DNA of 64,000 nt from Octopus sinensis. Taxonomy: Eukaryota. The position numbers and the translations under genes were made by a program. Within the stretch, counting starts at the first letter, position 1; each line of letters opens with the position of its first letter. This document shows positions 63,601 through 64,000 of this stretch, piece by piece. Below the pieces are notes generated by a model. The model was not told where the DNA came from. It saw nothing but the letters and a program-made list of their open reading frames with translations, and did not search any database. The stretch covers positions 14,706,464 to 14,770,463 of the forward strand of contig NC_043011.1 in the NCBI RefSeq assembly GCF_006345805.1. Direction: 5' to 3'.

Positions 63601-64000
63601 TACGACAGAGGGCTGAAAAGTTCATAGGTTATCTGAAAGAGTGATTGCTAGAGCTGTGAAATCTTGCATATGTTAATTTAAACTCTCATTATTAATAACT
63701 ATATTGTTTCTTTCCAGGTAAACTGATATCTGACTGTCTGAAGAAGACTTCAATAGTAACTGGTACGACTTCTCTTGAAGATAGACAAAATTTGGGATCG
63801 TGGTGTTATCATGTACCTGCAGGAAAATGGTTTAACTCCCTAGGGAATTCATACTGACATAGTTGCTACATTAGGGGATGATGTTCCAGTTTTATAAACA
63901 GTGCAAAGATGGGGAGCAGAACTTAGGAGAGAAAGGGATAATCTTGAAGATGACCCAAAGTCTGGACGTCTTACTACTTCCGCCACCGAGGATAAAACTG
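63601..64000 (+). mobile_element. mariner element 5' part (decayed transposase, runs off the window)
   Basis: TACGACAGAGGGCTGAAAAGTTCATAGG TIR-like end; DKIWDRGVIMYLQENGLTP*GIHTDIVATLGDD...TVQRW...LEDDPKSGR from ~63781 matches a mariner N-terminus. Confidence 0.8.

Overview
AT-rich eukaryotic DNA, extremely dense in microsatellites and interspersed repeats. The SINE repertoire and (TA)n/(TACA)n/(GATA)n density suggest an octopus (inference). No host gene can be called confidently; most ORFs in the track are translations of microsatellites or SINEs. The window holds about 40 tRNA-derived SINE copies in several head/tail combinations and five copies of a ~430 bp MITE with 28 bp GG-terminal TIRs, 8 bp TSDs and an internal (TTAGGG)n tract (Merlin-like). 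It also has three Tc1/mariner relics, a CR1/L2-like RT fragment, a decayed Gypsy element with nested insertions, a tRNA-Val(CAC) pseudogene and an apparently identical 1,062 bp tandem duplication. At least five Penelope-like element (PLE) relics are present, one with an intact GIY-YIG endonuclease frame and a 163 bp perfect inverted terminal copy. The most striking hidden signal is about nine recognisable type-I hammerhead ribozyme (HHR) motifs plus decayed ones, in short modules that mostly end in microsatellites. These include a three-copy family sharing a non-canonical CUGUAGA core, a cluster of long-stem-II HHRs at 23.0-23.8 kb, and a ~225 bp spacer-less palindrome with the same fold-back architecture. 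Folds were done by eye; repeat boundaries are approximate.
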